Shown piece by piece: positions 49,964 through 60,740 of a stretch of DNA of 64,000 nt. This DNA is from Mobula hypostoma (lineage: Eukaryota). The stretch's first letter is position 1. The number at the start of each line of letters is the position of its first letter. The DNA lies in contig NC_086108.1 in NCBI RefSeq assembly GCF_963921235.1, forward strand, positions 109,370,001 through 109,434,000, in the 5' to 3' direction. The notes beneath the pieces are model-generated. The model was not told the origin of the DNA. It did not search any database and saw nothing but the letters and a program-made list of their open reading frames with translations. The position numbers were made by a program, and so were the translations under genes.

Positions 49964-50658
49964 TGTAGCCCCCCCGGCTACCCTCAGGGTCACTTGGCTC
50001 GCTGTCGTCTAGGGAAACAGCCCTCGGCCCTGCCAAACTGGGTAATTAGTTTGTGTGGATGCTGTGTGATGTACCCCACCCCGCCCAAATAACAGACAAT
50101 ACACCAGTTACGATTAAATGATTTACAGTTTATAGATATTACTGGAACTATATAATTAATAGAGAATAAAATATAAAAGGAAAATAAAAGGCGCCACACC
50201 TATCAAAGTTCAATCTCTTCGTGCACAAAACAGTTGGAGCTCAAGAACCTTCTTCTTCACCCTGCGACCCCTCGGACCACCTCGACCGGCCGCCTAGGAC
50301 CAACAACGGTGGTCGACCAGACGCTCCACACGAGTCCGTCTCCGTCTCCTCTCCGAACGCCCTCCTCGGGGTCCAACCCCGTTAGCGGACATCACAGCAC
50401 CTGGTCCATTCTCTGTCTCTCTCTCCCACCTTCTACCTCAAAACCCCGCGCATACAAATCTTCCAGATACACCAAGGTCATAACAACTATCGCAATTGGT
50501 TCATAACATCCTCTTATCACCCCTTAACCCACAACAAGCTGCTAGCGCAAAGCTTTCTCAGCGTTTAACATTACAAAGAAGCATTCCCGATTATAACATA
50601 ACAAAGAAGCCATTTTAATTAGCCTCCGCAGTAATATAAAAGATGAAACCCCCTTACA
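49964..50658. mobile_element. Solo LTR (Gypsy-like), young
   Basis: Termini TGTA...TACA, exact 4-bp TSD TTTA (49960-49963, 50659-50662), and retained CpGs. Confidence 0.88.
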
Positions 50659-51600
50659 TTTAGATACAGCACAGTGGTATTTATTTAGATACCGCGCTGT
50701 CCAGTTACGTCCATGTGACCAGGTAACCTAACTAACCCATGTGTCTTTGGAATGTGGGAGGAAGCCGGAGAACCTGGAATAAATGACACGGTCACGGAAA
50801 GGACATACAAACTCCGTAGAGACACCGGCGAGAATTAAACGCACATCTCTGACACTGCAAAAACATTACGCCAACTGCTCAGTTATCATGCTGTCCATAA
50901 TATTTGCCTCTTCAGTTGTTCTGCTCTACAAGCACGCGGTACAAAAGCAAATGCAACACAGTCACTTCAGCAATGAATGAGAGGACAAGGATGTTTTATC
51001 TTTCAAGAATAAACTTGGGGATTGTGGCAGGTCGATTAGAAGTAAGAGCTTTTAAAAACAATGTTGGCTGGTTGACCACAGCTACAATCCATAGCTTTCC
51101 ATTCAATGTAGATTACCATGTTAAAAATATCATCTATACCCCATTCTACTTGTATTTCAAAGTTCAAAGTAAATTTTTTTTATCAAAGTACATACATATC
51201 ACTATATACAACCCTGAAATGTCTTTATTTGCCGGCATACACAATAATTCCAAGAAACACAATGAAAGACCACACACAACAGGATGAACAAACAACCAGC
51301 ATGCAAAAAAACAACAAGCAGTACAAATATGGTGTGCAGAAGAGCATCGCTGAATGAACAACATGTTGAACTTTGAAGTGGCTGGGCGACAGCAGGAGAG
51401 GACCATAAGCACACACTCAGTGACCACTTTATTAGGTACCTCCAGTCACCTCTACTATCATCAACGTTGCATCAACTCCTTCAACTGTAAGAATTGAGAA
51501 TTGTGAGCACAGCCCAGTCCATCATGAAAACAGATCCCCCATCTATCGATTCAGACTTTACTTCCTTGCTGATTCAGGAAAAACAGCAAACAAAATTAAG

Positions 51601-51752
51601 CAAACACGAGGAAATCTGCAGATGCTGGAATTCAAGCAACAAACACAAAATGCTGGTGGAACGCAGCGTCTCGGCCCGAAACATCGACTGTACATCTTTC
51701 TATAGATGCTGCATGACCTGCTGTGTTCCACCAGCATTTTGTGTGTGTTGCT
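51601..51752. mobile_element. Palindromic Penelope terminal-repeat insertion
   Basis: Exact 14-bp TSD CAAACAAAATTAAG (51587-51600, 51753-51766). Inverted arms caaaatgctggtggaac and gttccaccagcattttg. Confidence 0.88.
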
Positions 51753-51999
51753 CAAACAAAATTAAGGGTTTTGATCCTGGACATTCTTTCTTCAACCACC
51801 TCCCAAGGTGAAAAAACAACACCTACAACCAGGTTCAAGGACAGCTTCTATCCCATTGTCAACAAACTGTTGAATGGACCTCAGAAATGCTGAAAGATGA
51901 ACTCTTGATCCCCCAATCTACCTCTTTGTGGCCTTTGCACCTTTTTTGCCCACCTGCACAGCATTTCCTCTGTAACTGTAACACTATATTTCTCCTATG

Positions 52000-52420
52000 C
52001 TAATTTCTCCAACTTCTGGTAATTTTTCTCGCCCTCTCCCTTTCCTCTTCTTCATTTCTCACTCTTACCTCTTTTCCTCACCCACCTATCACCTCCCCCT
52101 GGTGTTCCTTCTCCTTCCTTTTCTCCCATGGTCCACTCTCCTCTCCTATCAGGTTCCTCCCTCTCCAGCCCTTTACATTTTCCACCCATCACCTCCCAAA
52201 TTATTACTTCATATTCCACAACCCCCCACCAACCTACCAGGCTTCACCTATCATTTTCTAGCTTGTACTCCTACTCCTTCCCCATCTTAATATTCTGGCA
52301 TCTTTCCCTTTCCTTTCCTGTCCTGATGGAAGGACCTCGGCCTGAAACGTTGACTGTTTATTCACTTCCATAGATGCTGCCTGACCTGCTGAGCTCCTCC
52401 AGCATTTTGAGTGTGTTGCA
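52000..52420 (+). mobile_element. Penelope-like 3' end (ORF terminus, pyrimidine-rich UTR, terminal repeat)
   Basis: aatttctccaacttctggtaa (NFSNFW*) followed by gtcctgatggaaggacctcggcctgaaacgttgactg. Confidence 0.82.
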
Positions 52421-52794
52421 CAATATTCCACGTACTGTTTTTTTTACTTCAGTGTACTTGTGTGGCGTGATCTGTCTAAATTAGGGGTTGCCAACCTTTT
52501 TTGTGCCATGGACCAATACTATTAAACAATAGACAATAGGTGCAGGAGTAGGCCATTCAGCCCTTCGAGCCAGCACCACCATTCACTGTGATCATGGCTG
52601 ATCATCCACAATCAGTACCCCGTTCCTGACTTCTCCCCATATCCCTTCACTCCGCTATCTTTAAGAGCTCTATCTAACTCTTTTTTGACAGAGTCCAGAG
52701 AATTGGCCTCCACTGCCTCCTGAGGTTAAACAAGGTTGGAAATCCCTGATCTAGATGGCAAAGCTTTACACTGCATCTCAGTACTCATGACAAT

Positions 52795-53222
52795 CTTCTT
52801 CTTCTTCATGTGCCTTGTGCGTTACATGCTTGGGCGATCGTCGAACGATCCCATGCAGCGTCAATGATATCTCGCACACTTAGATCTGTTAGTTCTTTCA
52901 CAGTGTCCATATACTTTCTTCTTTGCCTTCCTCTTCCGCGTTTCCCAGGCATACGGCCTTGTAACGTAAGGTATTCTATTTCTCCCTTTCTGATGACATG
53001 GCCCAGGAATTTTAGTTTCCTCTCGTTTAATGTTCTCATTAAAGATCCTTTTGTATGGGCACATTGGAGTACTGTCTCATTAGTTACCCTATCTCTATAT
53101 GATATTTTCAGCATTCTTCTAAGAAACCACATTTCTGTTGCTTTGTTTCTTTGGAGTTCTGGTGTTATAGTCCATGTTTTGGAAGCATACAGCAAGATTG
53201 ACCAGATGTACCATCTTAGTAG
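52795..53222 (-). mobile_element. RTE-clade LINE 3' fragment with (AAG)n tail
   Basis: ORF 52806..53195 has EMWFLRRMLKISY...KLKFLGHVIR...GKRGRGRQR. TSD CTCATGACAAT / CTCGTGACAAT (52784-52794, 53223-53233). Confidence 0.9.
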
Positions 53223-53969
53223 CTCGTGACAATGAATAATAATAATGACAAAGTGGTGGAATCATGTCCAGTCTGAGCTTTTGAACTCTGATCTAAGTGG
53301 AATAGTTGATTTTCCACAGTCTGGGTTCAAGGCCTCTTCCACTGACATTAGTTCCATGTCCATCCTGGGAGACAGCAAGATTCCCTTCCTGGTTTTACCA
53401 CTCCAACCAGACAGGAGGCTACTGGTGTCCATGCCAGGACCACCAGGCATGAAAACAGCTACTTTCCCCAAGCAGTAACGCCGATCAACACCACCACCCA
53501 CTAACCCAACCCACCACTTCCCCATCCACACTACCTTATCATTTCCTGTCAGTCACCTTACATACAGCCACTCCTGTGTCTACTGTCACTTCATAGACAT
53601 ACAATCAATCTACGTATATAAGCTATCATGTGTTTATAGTTATTGTGTTTTATTATTATTATTATTATTACTACTATTGTGTTCTTTATCCTATTGTGTG
53701 TTTTTGTGTTGCATCGGATCCAAAGTAACAACTATTTCAATCTCCTTTATGAAATGACATCAGACGATTTTGAATCTTGAATGTTGATTCCTATCCAGTC
53801 TGTCAGCTTCACAACTCTGTACCTAGAATGGCTGGTTTCCAGAGTCTAGGCGCAAAGCCTCTTCCACTATCATTAAGCTCCAAATACTCCCAGGGCAATG
53901 GCAGGATTCCCTTCCTGGGAGCTGCTTAAACCACTACAGTTTGGAAGTCTCACAACTGTACTGTACTGC

Positions 53970-54280
53970 ATTTATTTATTAATTTATTTAAGCATTTACA
54001 GGCCCTTCCAGCCCAATGATCCTCACCAACCAGCAGCCCACATATTTAACCCTAGCCTAATCACAGGACAATTTACAATGACCAATTAACCTACTAACTG
54101 GCTCATCTTCGTTCTGCAGGAAGAGGCCGGCGCGCCTGGAGAAAACCGACAGTGAGAATGTACAAACTTCTTCCAGTGCTGGAATTGAACCCTGAACTCT
54201 GAACTCTGAACTCTGAACTCTGGAACACCCTGAGCCACAGTAGCATCAGGCTCGCTGCTACGCTAGCGTGGCACCCCAGA
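53970..54280 (-). mobile_element. V-SINE with internal (CTGAACT)n expansion
   Basis: ggacaatttacaatgaccaattaacctact and a 7-bp tandem repeat at about 54192-54221. Confidence 0.8.
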
Positions 54281-54554
54281 ACATTTTCCAATCTGAGGCA
54301 ATGTGTAGTTCAAAAGATCAAAGTAGATTTATTATCTAAATATGTAAATCTTAATCTGGCGACTGCTGTTGACAGCTGATGCCCCAATTGGTGTGAGGGG
54401 CATAAGAGGAAGATGTAATTCTTACCAGATACTACCAGACAGATTGTGTCAAATAGAAGCACATTGCATTAGTAAACACAGAAAAGAAGGCAGAATAAAG
54501 TGTTACAGTTACAGAAAAAGTACAGTGCAGGCAGACAATTAGTGTAATGTAGTG

Positions 54555-55195
54555 CAAAGTTCAAAGTAAATTTATTATTAAAGAACATGTATGTCACCAT
54601 GAGATTCATTTTCTTGCCGGCATTCACAGTAAATGTAAGCAAACACAATAGAGTCAATGAAAGACCACACCCAACAGGATGGACAAACGACCAGTGTGCA
54701 GAAAACAGCAAACTGTGTAAATCCAAATGAAAATAATAAATAAATAACCAATAAATATCAAGAACATAAGGGGAAGTCCTTGAAAGTGAATCCATAGGTT
54801 GTGGGAACATTTCAGTGGTCGGGTGAGTGAAGTTGAGTGAAGTTATCCCCACTGCTTCAAGAGCCTGATGGTTGAGGGGCAATAACTGTTCCTGAACCTG
54901 GTGGTGGGGATCCTGAGTCTCCTGTACCTCCTTCCCGATGGCAGCAGTGAGAAGAGGGCTTGGCCTGGGTGTTGGGGGTCCTCGATGATGGATGCTGCTT
55001 TCCTGTAACAGCGCACCATGTAGATGTGCTCAACGGAGGGGAAGGCTTTATCTGTGATGGACTGGGCCGTATCCACTACTTTTTGTAGGATTTTCCATTC
55101 AGGGACTTTGGTGTTTCCATATCAGGCTGTGATGCAGCCAGTCAATATACTCTCCACCACACACCTGTCAAAATATGTCAACGCTTTGGATGTCT
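54555..55195 (-). mobile_element. Rex1/Babar 3' fragment
   Basis: ORF 54843..55076 has RKAASIIEDPQHPGQALFSLLPSGRRYRRL...RFRNSY. Confidence 0.88.
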
Positions 55196-55747
55196 GGTTG
55201 GCATGGTAAGGCAGCGGTTAGCGTAATACTATGACAGTGCCAGCAATCACCGGTCACGGTTCAACTCCTACGAACGCCTGTATGGAGTTTGTACCTTCTC
55301 TCCATAGTTGCACGGGTTGCTCCCAGGTGCTCTGGTTTCCTCCCACACTCCAATGGTGTACAGTTAGGGTTAGTGAGTTGTGGGCATGTTACACAGAAAC
55401 ATAGAAATCTACAGCACATTACGTTGGCACCTGAAGCGTGGCGTGGAGACGCATGTGGGCTGCCCCCCGCACGATCATCACTGATTTGATTTGATGTAAA
55501 ACGATGCATTTCACTGTAAGTTTTGATGTTTCACTGTACATGTAACAAATAAATCTAATCTTATTTTTATCGTTAAAGTGCAAGAACCACGACAAGGTAG
55601 ATGGTGGCAGTCTGTCCTATCTATGCCTCTCATTACCTTAAGTTCAATTCAATTGGTACCTTTATTGTCAGAGAAATGTATACAATATACATCCTGAAAT
55701 TCTTTTTCTTCACAAAGTTCAAAGTTCATTTATTATTAAAGTATGTA

Positions 55748-56262
55748 CAGTACGGTGCAAAAGTCTTATGCATATGCATATAGCTCGAGTGCCTAAGAAT
55801 TTTGCACAGCACTTTAGTAATTTTATGTATTGCACTGTACAAATGCTGCAAAAAAATTCATGACATATGTGAGTGATGATAAATCTGATTCTGATATGGG
55901 GCTCTATTGTGGATTGAGAGTGGGAAGGGGACAAGGAAAGGGGAAGGGAGAAGGGAGGGAGCAGGGAACACCAAGAAGACTTTCTGTAATGATCAATAAA
56001 CCAATTATTTGAATCGTGGCCTTTCCTGGTGTCTCATGACTGGGTGTGTTTGCACCCCTTCCAGTCCCCGCCTCTAGCACTCCTTCTCTGCCACCCGTCC
56101 CCCACCCCTGCCGTGGCACTCCACCCCAGCCATTCCCGAAATCCTTTGCTCCCGCCAGATTTACAATTTCACTCTTTGCTCCACATTGATAAATACAGTA
56201 CTGAACAAAAGTCTTAGGCACCCTAGCTATATACATGTGCCAAAGACTTTTGCACAGTACAG
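55748..56262. mobile_element. Tc1-derived MITE whose two ends are themselves short palindromes
   Basis: TA|cagtacggtgcaaaagtctta...taagaattttgcacagcact at the left and cagtactgaacaaaagtcttaggcac...gacttttgcacagtacag|TA at the right. Confidence 0.75.
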
Positions 56263-56691
56263 TATACCAAAAACAACCTTGCAGACAGCCACTAAACAAA
56301 GAAACACAATAGAATCTACAAAAAAAATCCCACACAGCAAAAACCGTCAAACATCCAATGTGCAAATAAAAAGAAAATATTGTGCAAATGATATTACAAA
56401 CTTCAGTCAGACTCTGATATTTGAGGGAAACCAGACCAAGTTTGTCCAACCTCTTGTTAAAGCTCATGCCCTCTGATCCAGGCGGTATCCTGGTAAACCT
56501 CTTCTATGTCCACAGGTGACTTAATTTGTTTCAGTCATCTGGCTTTCACTGTGAGTCTTTTTGTTAGATTTTTAAAATAGCTTTATAATTTTCATTTTTT
56601 TAAATAGTTCTCAAAAGTTTTGGAAAACATGATAGATGTTCACTACTATTCAACACAGGGACAGCTCCCAGCCTGGGGTTGTTGTACATAG

Positions 56692-57205
56692 CAATACTTT
56701 CAGCACGCTGGATGAACTCAGCAGGTCGGGCAGCATCAGTGGAAACGATGAGCCGATGTTTCGGGCCGGAACCCTTTGTCAGGACTGAAGAATGAAGAAG
56801 GTGGAAGGATTTGAAGAATGCTTGTAGGTTCGGTTGAAAGACCAGTAATTTGAAAGACAAAGGGGTGGGAGAGGGGAAGCATCGAAGTTTTAGGCAGGAA
56901 AACAATGGGTAGCAGTAGAACCCTCATGGTTCCGTCTCCTTCTTCTACTACCCATTGTTTTCCTGCCTATAACTTCGATGCTTCCCCTCCCCCACCCCTT
57001 TGTCTTTCAAATTACTGGTCTTACAACCGAACCTACAAGCATTCTTCAAATCCTTCCACCTCCTTCATTCTTCAGTCCTGACGAAGAGTTCCGGCCCGAA
57101 ACGTCGACTCATCGTTTCCACTGATGCTGCCCGACCTGCTGAGTTCATCCAGCGTACTGTAAGTGTTGCTTTGATCCCAGCATCTGCAGATTATTTTGTG
57201 TTTAC
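56692..57205. mobile_element. 514-bp palindromic Penelope insertion (arms about 225 bp)
   Basis: Exact 14-bp TSD GTTGTTGTACATAG (56678-56691, 57206-57219). Arms at about 56690-56915 and 56944-57170. Confidence 0.92.
57074..57109 (+). ncRNA. Minimal type I hammerhead ribozyme motif (Penelope type)
   Basis: agtc-CTGACGA-a-gagttccggccc-GAAA-C-GTC-gact. Stem I is agtc/gact, stem III is the loopless palindrome ACGT, and the predicted cleavage site follows C57105. Stem II has one mismatch. Confidence 0.7.
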
Positions 57206-58284
57206 GTTGTTGTACATAGATTGTTGGTTAAGACTACATCAGGTTCTAGTATCACCCAAGCCACTATTCCTGTGAGACATCCCTCTCAGTATCAAGAGAA
57301 CATAGGATAACAAGAAGGAGGTACAGAAAATCCACACTCAGTGATTTAGGAACAGATTCTTCACCTCCGACATCAGATTTCTGAATGTCTATGAAGTCAT
57401 GAGCACTGCCTTGTTATTCCTTTTTTTCCCACTCATTATTTATTTAGTAATTTGTAGACTTGCATTGTACTGCTGCTGCAAAACAACAAATTTCACATAA
57501 TCTACTGTAAATCAGTGATAAATAAATTTGATTTTGATTCTGCAAAAGAAATACAACTGGAGACAAATGCTTGGTGAAGCATGAGATGACCCATAGTGTT
57601 CCATGGTTCAAGGACCTGACGGTTGTCAGAAAATCGCAGTTAGCGTACTGCTTTACAGCAGCAGCAAATGGCAATCAATACCCTCCACCCTCTCTAAGGA
57701 GTTTGCACTTTCTTCCTGTGTGCATGTGGGTTTTCTCCAGGTGCTCCAGTTTCCTCCTATATTCCAAAAAGTTGTACGGGTTAGGGTTAGTGAGTTGTGT
57801 GTAATCTATGTTGGTGCCGGAGGTGTGGCGACATTTGCGGTTTGACCCGACCCCATCGATGGACTGTGCTGGTTGTTGATGCAAACGACACAATTCAATG
57901 TTCTGGTGTTGTTGTTCAGTTGTTTGTTGTGTTCTGTGTTGCTCTAGCAATCATCGTGGGCTTGCTACGTTGGTGGTGAAGTGTGTGGCAACACTTACAG
58001 GCTTCCTCCAGCATATTTTTACGTTTTTGTTAGCAGAAATGGCACACTTCAATGTACATATGATAATAGATCTTAATCTGAATTTCACAGAGCAACACAT
58101 GCAAAATGCTGGAGCCACTCAGCAAGTTAGGCAGCATCTATGGAAATGAATAAACAGATGATGTTTCGGACAGACACTTCTTTATGACTGGAAAGGAAAG
58201 GGGAAGATGCCAGAATAAAAAGGTGGGGGAGAGGAAGGAGGAGAGCTAGAAAGAGATAGGTAAAGCCAGGTGAGTGGGAAAGAT

Positions 58285-58706
58285 CGTCGTCGTCGTGACT
58301 ATCCCTCGAGGTCGAGGATGATGGTCTTCGTTCTGAAGAAGTAGCCCACAGAGTGAAGATGCCTGTGCGTGTATTTGTTTAATGTGTACTTGATGTTGCA
58401 CTCCAAGAAGCACACGATACTTCACAAATCACCCAACCGATTCCAATGGCATGGAAACCACGACAATTGGAGCTGATGGATTTGTTGCAGCCTTCATCCG
58501 CCTTCACAGCCGTTGAGTTCGAAGTAATTTCATCCGCCTGCTCCACCGTTGAGGTCTTGGTTGGATTGTTCTTTGTCAGGGACCTCACCCTCGACCTTAC
58601 CGCCATAGGTGACCCTACCAGGAGCACAGCTCCAGACGGCATCGCTCTCGGGATTACAGGACCACACAAGCTTCACCACTACGACAAGGTGACAATCCAC
58701 GGAGAA
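58285..58706 (-). mobile_element. Bipartite RTE-derived non-autonomous retroposon with (GAC)n tail
   Basis: Exact 13-bp TSD GAGTGGGAAAGAT (58272-58284, 58707-58719). Minus strand begins ttctccgtggattgtcaccttgtcgtagtggtgaagcttg, which is RTE 5'-like. Confidence 0.82.
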
Positions 58707-59121
58707 GAGTGGGAAAGATAAAGGGTGGGAGAAGAAAGGATCTGGTAAGAGAGGACAGTGGACCATGGGAGAAAGAGAAGAAGAAAGAGCACCAGAGGGA
58801 GGTGATAGGCAGGCAAGGTGTCGAGGTAAGAGGCCAGAATGGGGAATGCAAGAAGAAGAACGAGTGAGGGAAAGAAAAAAAATAAACGGAAGTTGGAGAA
58901 ATCAATGTTCATGCCATCAGGTTGGTGGCTACCCAAACGGAATAGGAGGTGTTACTCTTCCACCCTGAAGGTGACCTCATGGTGGCAGAAGAGGAGGCCA
59001 TTGACTAACATGTCGGAGTGTTTAGCCAGCGGGAGATATTGCCTTTGATGGATGGTGTGGAGGTGCTCCAGTTTACATTGGGTCTGGATGCAATAGACGA
59101 TCTCAACAAATTCACAGGCGA

Positions 59122-59375
59122 CACACATCAAAGTTGCTGGTGAACTCAGCAGGCCAGGCAGCATCTCTAGGAAGAGGTACAGTCGACGTTTTAGGCCGAG
59201 ACCCTTTGTCAGGACTAACTTCTTCCTTCAGTTAGTCCTGACGAAGGGTCTCGGCCTGAAACGTCGACTGTATTTCTTCCTAGAGATGCTGCCTGGCCTG
59301 CTGCGTTCACCAGCAACTTTGATGTGTGTTGCTTGAATTTCCAGCATCTGCAGAATTCCTGTTGTTTGTGTTTTT
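59122..59375. mobile_element. Palindromic Penelope terminal-repeat insertion nested in an older Penelope
   Basis: Exact 14-bp TSD AAATTCACAGGCGA (59108-59121, 59376-59389). Arms of about 100 bp surround the loop tcttccttc; tail on the right side only. Confidence 0.93.
59234..59269 (+). ncRNA. Minimal type I hammerhead ribozyme motif, best preserved copy
   Basis: agtc-CTGACGA-agggtctcggcct-GAAA-C-GTC-gact. All conserved core nucleotides are present, with a GUC triplet ending at 59265. Confidence 0.78.
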
Positions 59376-60489
59376 AAATTCACAGGCGAAGTGTTGCCTC
59401 ACCTGAAAGGATTGTTTGAGCCCCTGGATGGTGGTGAGGGAGGAGGTGAATGGGCAGGTTTAGCACTTCTGCCGTTTGCAGGGTGAAGTGTTGTGTGGGA
59501 ATTTAGTGGACGAATGGACAAAGCTCATGGTGTGGTGGGTGAGGGAAAGAGAAACTCTATCTCTGTTAAGATGGCGGGAGAATGGGGTACGCACCGATGT
59601 CAGGAAATGGATGAAATGCAGGCGTGGTAGCATTGATGGGGGTGGAAGAGAAACCTTATTCTTTGAAGAAGGAGGATACCTTTGATGTCCTGGAAAGGAA
59701 AGGCTCATCCTGGGAACATATGAGATGAAAACAAAGGAACTGAGAAAAGGGAATAGCATTTTTACAGAAAACAGGTTGGGAAGAGGTGTGGTCAAGATAT
59801 CCACAAGTATTGGTAGGTTTATAAAAGATGTCGGTCGACAGTTTGCCTCCAGAGATGGAGAACGAGGAGGGAGGTATCAGAAATAGACCAAGGGAAATTC
59901 ACGGCAGGGTGGAAGTTTGAGGTAAAGTTGATGAAAGTGATGAGCTCAGCACGGGTGCAAGAAGCAGCACCAATACAGTCGTCGATGTAGTGCAGGAAGA
60001 GTTAGGGAGCATTACCAGGGAAGGCTCGGAACAAGGACTGTTCTAAATAGCCAATGAAACGGCAGGCATTGCTGAGGCCCATGTGGGAGTCATAGCTACC
60101 CTTTGAGTCTGGAGAAAGTGGAGGGAGCTGACTAGAAATTGTTGAGGGTGAGGCGCAGTTCTGCCAGATGGAGGAAGGTGATGGTGGAAAGGAATTGGTG
60201 GGGTCTTTTGGTGAGAAAGAAGTGGAGAGCTTTAAAGCCTTCCTGATGGGGGCTAGAAATTTATAGGGACTGGACATCCATGGTGAAAATGAGACGGTCA
60301 GAGCTTGGGAATTGAAAGTTATTGAGAAGATCAAGAGCATGTGATGTAGGTGGGCATAGGCTGAACTAAGGGCAATAGAATCGAATCAAGGTGTGTGGAC
60401 ACAAGTTCCGTGCGGCAGAAGCAGACAGAGACAATGGGCTTACACAGACAGTCAGGTTTGTAGGTCTGAATTTCAAAGACAATTTCATT

Positions 60490-60740
60490 TATTTTTTATT
60501 TAGAGATACTAGAAGGTAACATGACCTTCTGGTACAACGAGCCCACGCTGTCCAGTTGTACTTAGGCGATGAATTAGTCTACTAACCCGTACATCTTTGG
60601 GATGTGGGAGGAACCCAGAACCCCAGAAGAAACCCACGTGGTCACAAGGAGAACGTACAAACTCCTTAAGGACAGCGGCAGGAATTGAGCCCAGGTTGCT
60701 GGTACTGTAAAGCTAGTCTGCTAGTCACCCATGCTGCCCG
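60490..60740 (-). mobile_element. V-SINE
   Basis: gatgtgggaggaacc...gaaacccacg...gagaacgtacaaactcctta...ggaattgagccc. Confidence 0.82.

Larger units (their letters stand above)
58090..60465 (-). mobile_element. Penelope-like retrotransposon remnant (RT, GIY-YIG region, 3' terminal repeat) with two nested insertions
   Basis: Minus strand reads IFTMDVQSL (about 60261-60290), catalytic YIDD (59978-59989), TDIFYKPT, and QPDGMNIDFSNFR (ORF 58679..58936). Confidence 0.9.

Noticed and set aside
55904..56467. 187-aa minus-strand ORF
   Set aside because: Spans CR1, a Rex1 tail and a MITE; a chimeric chance ORF.
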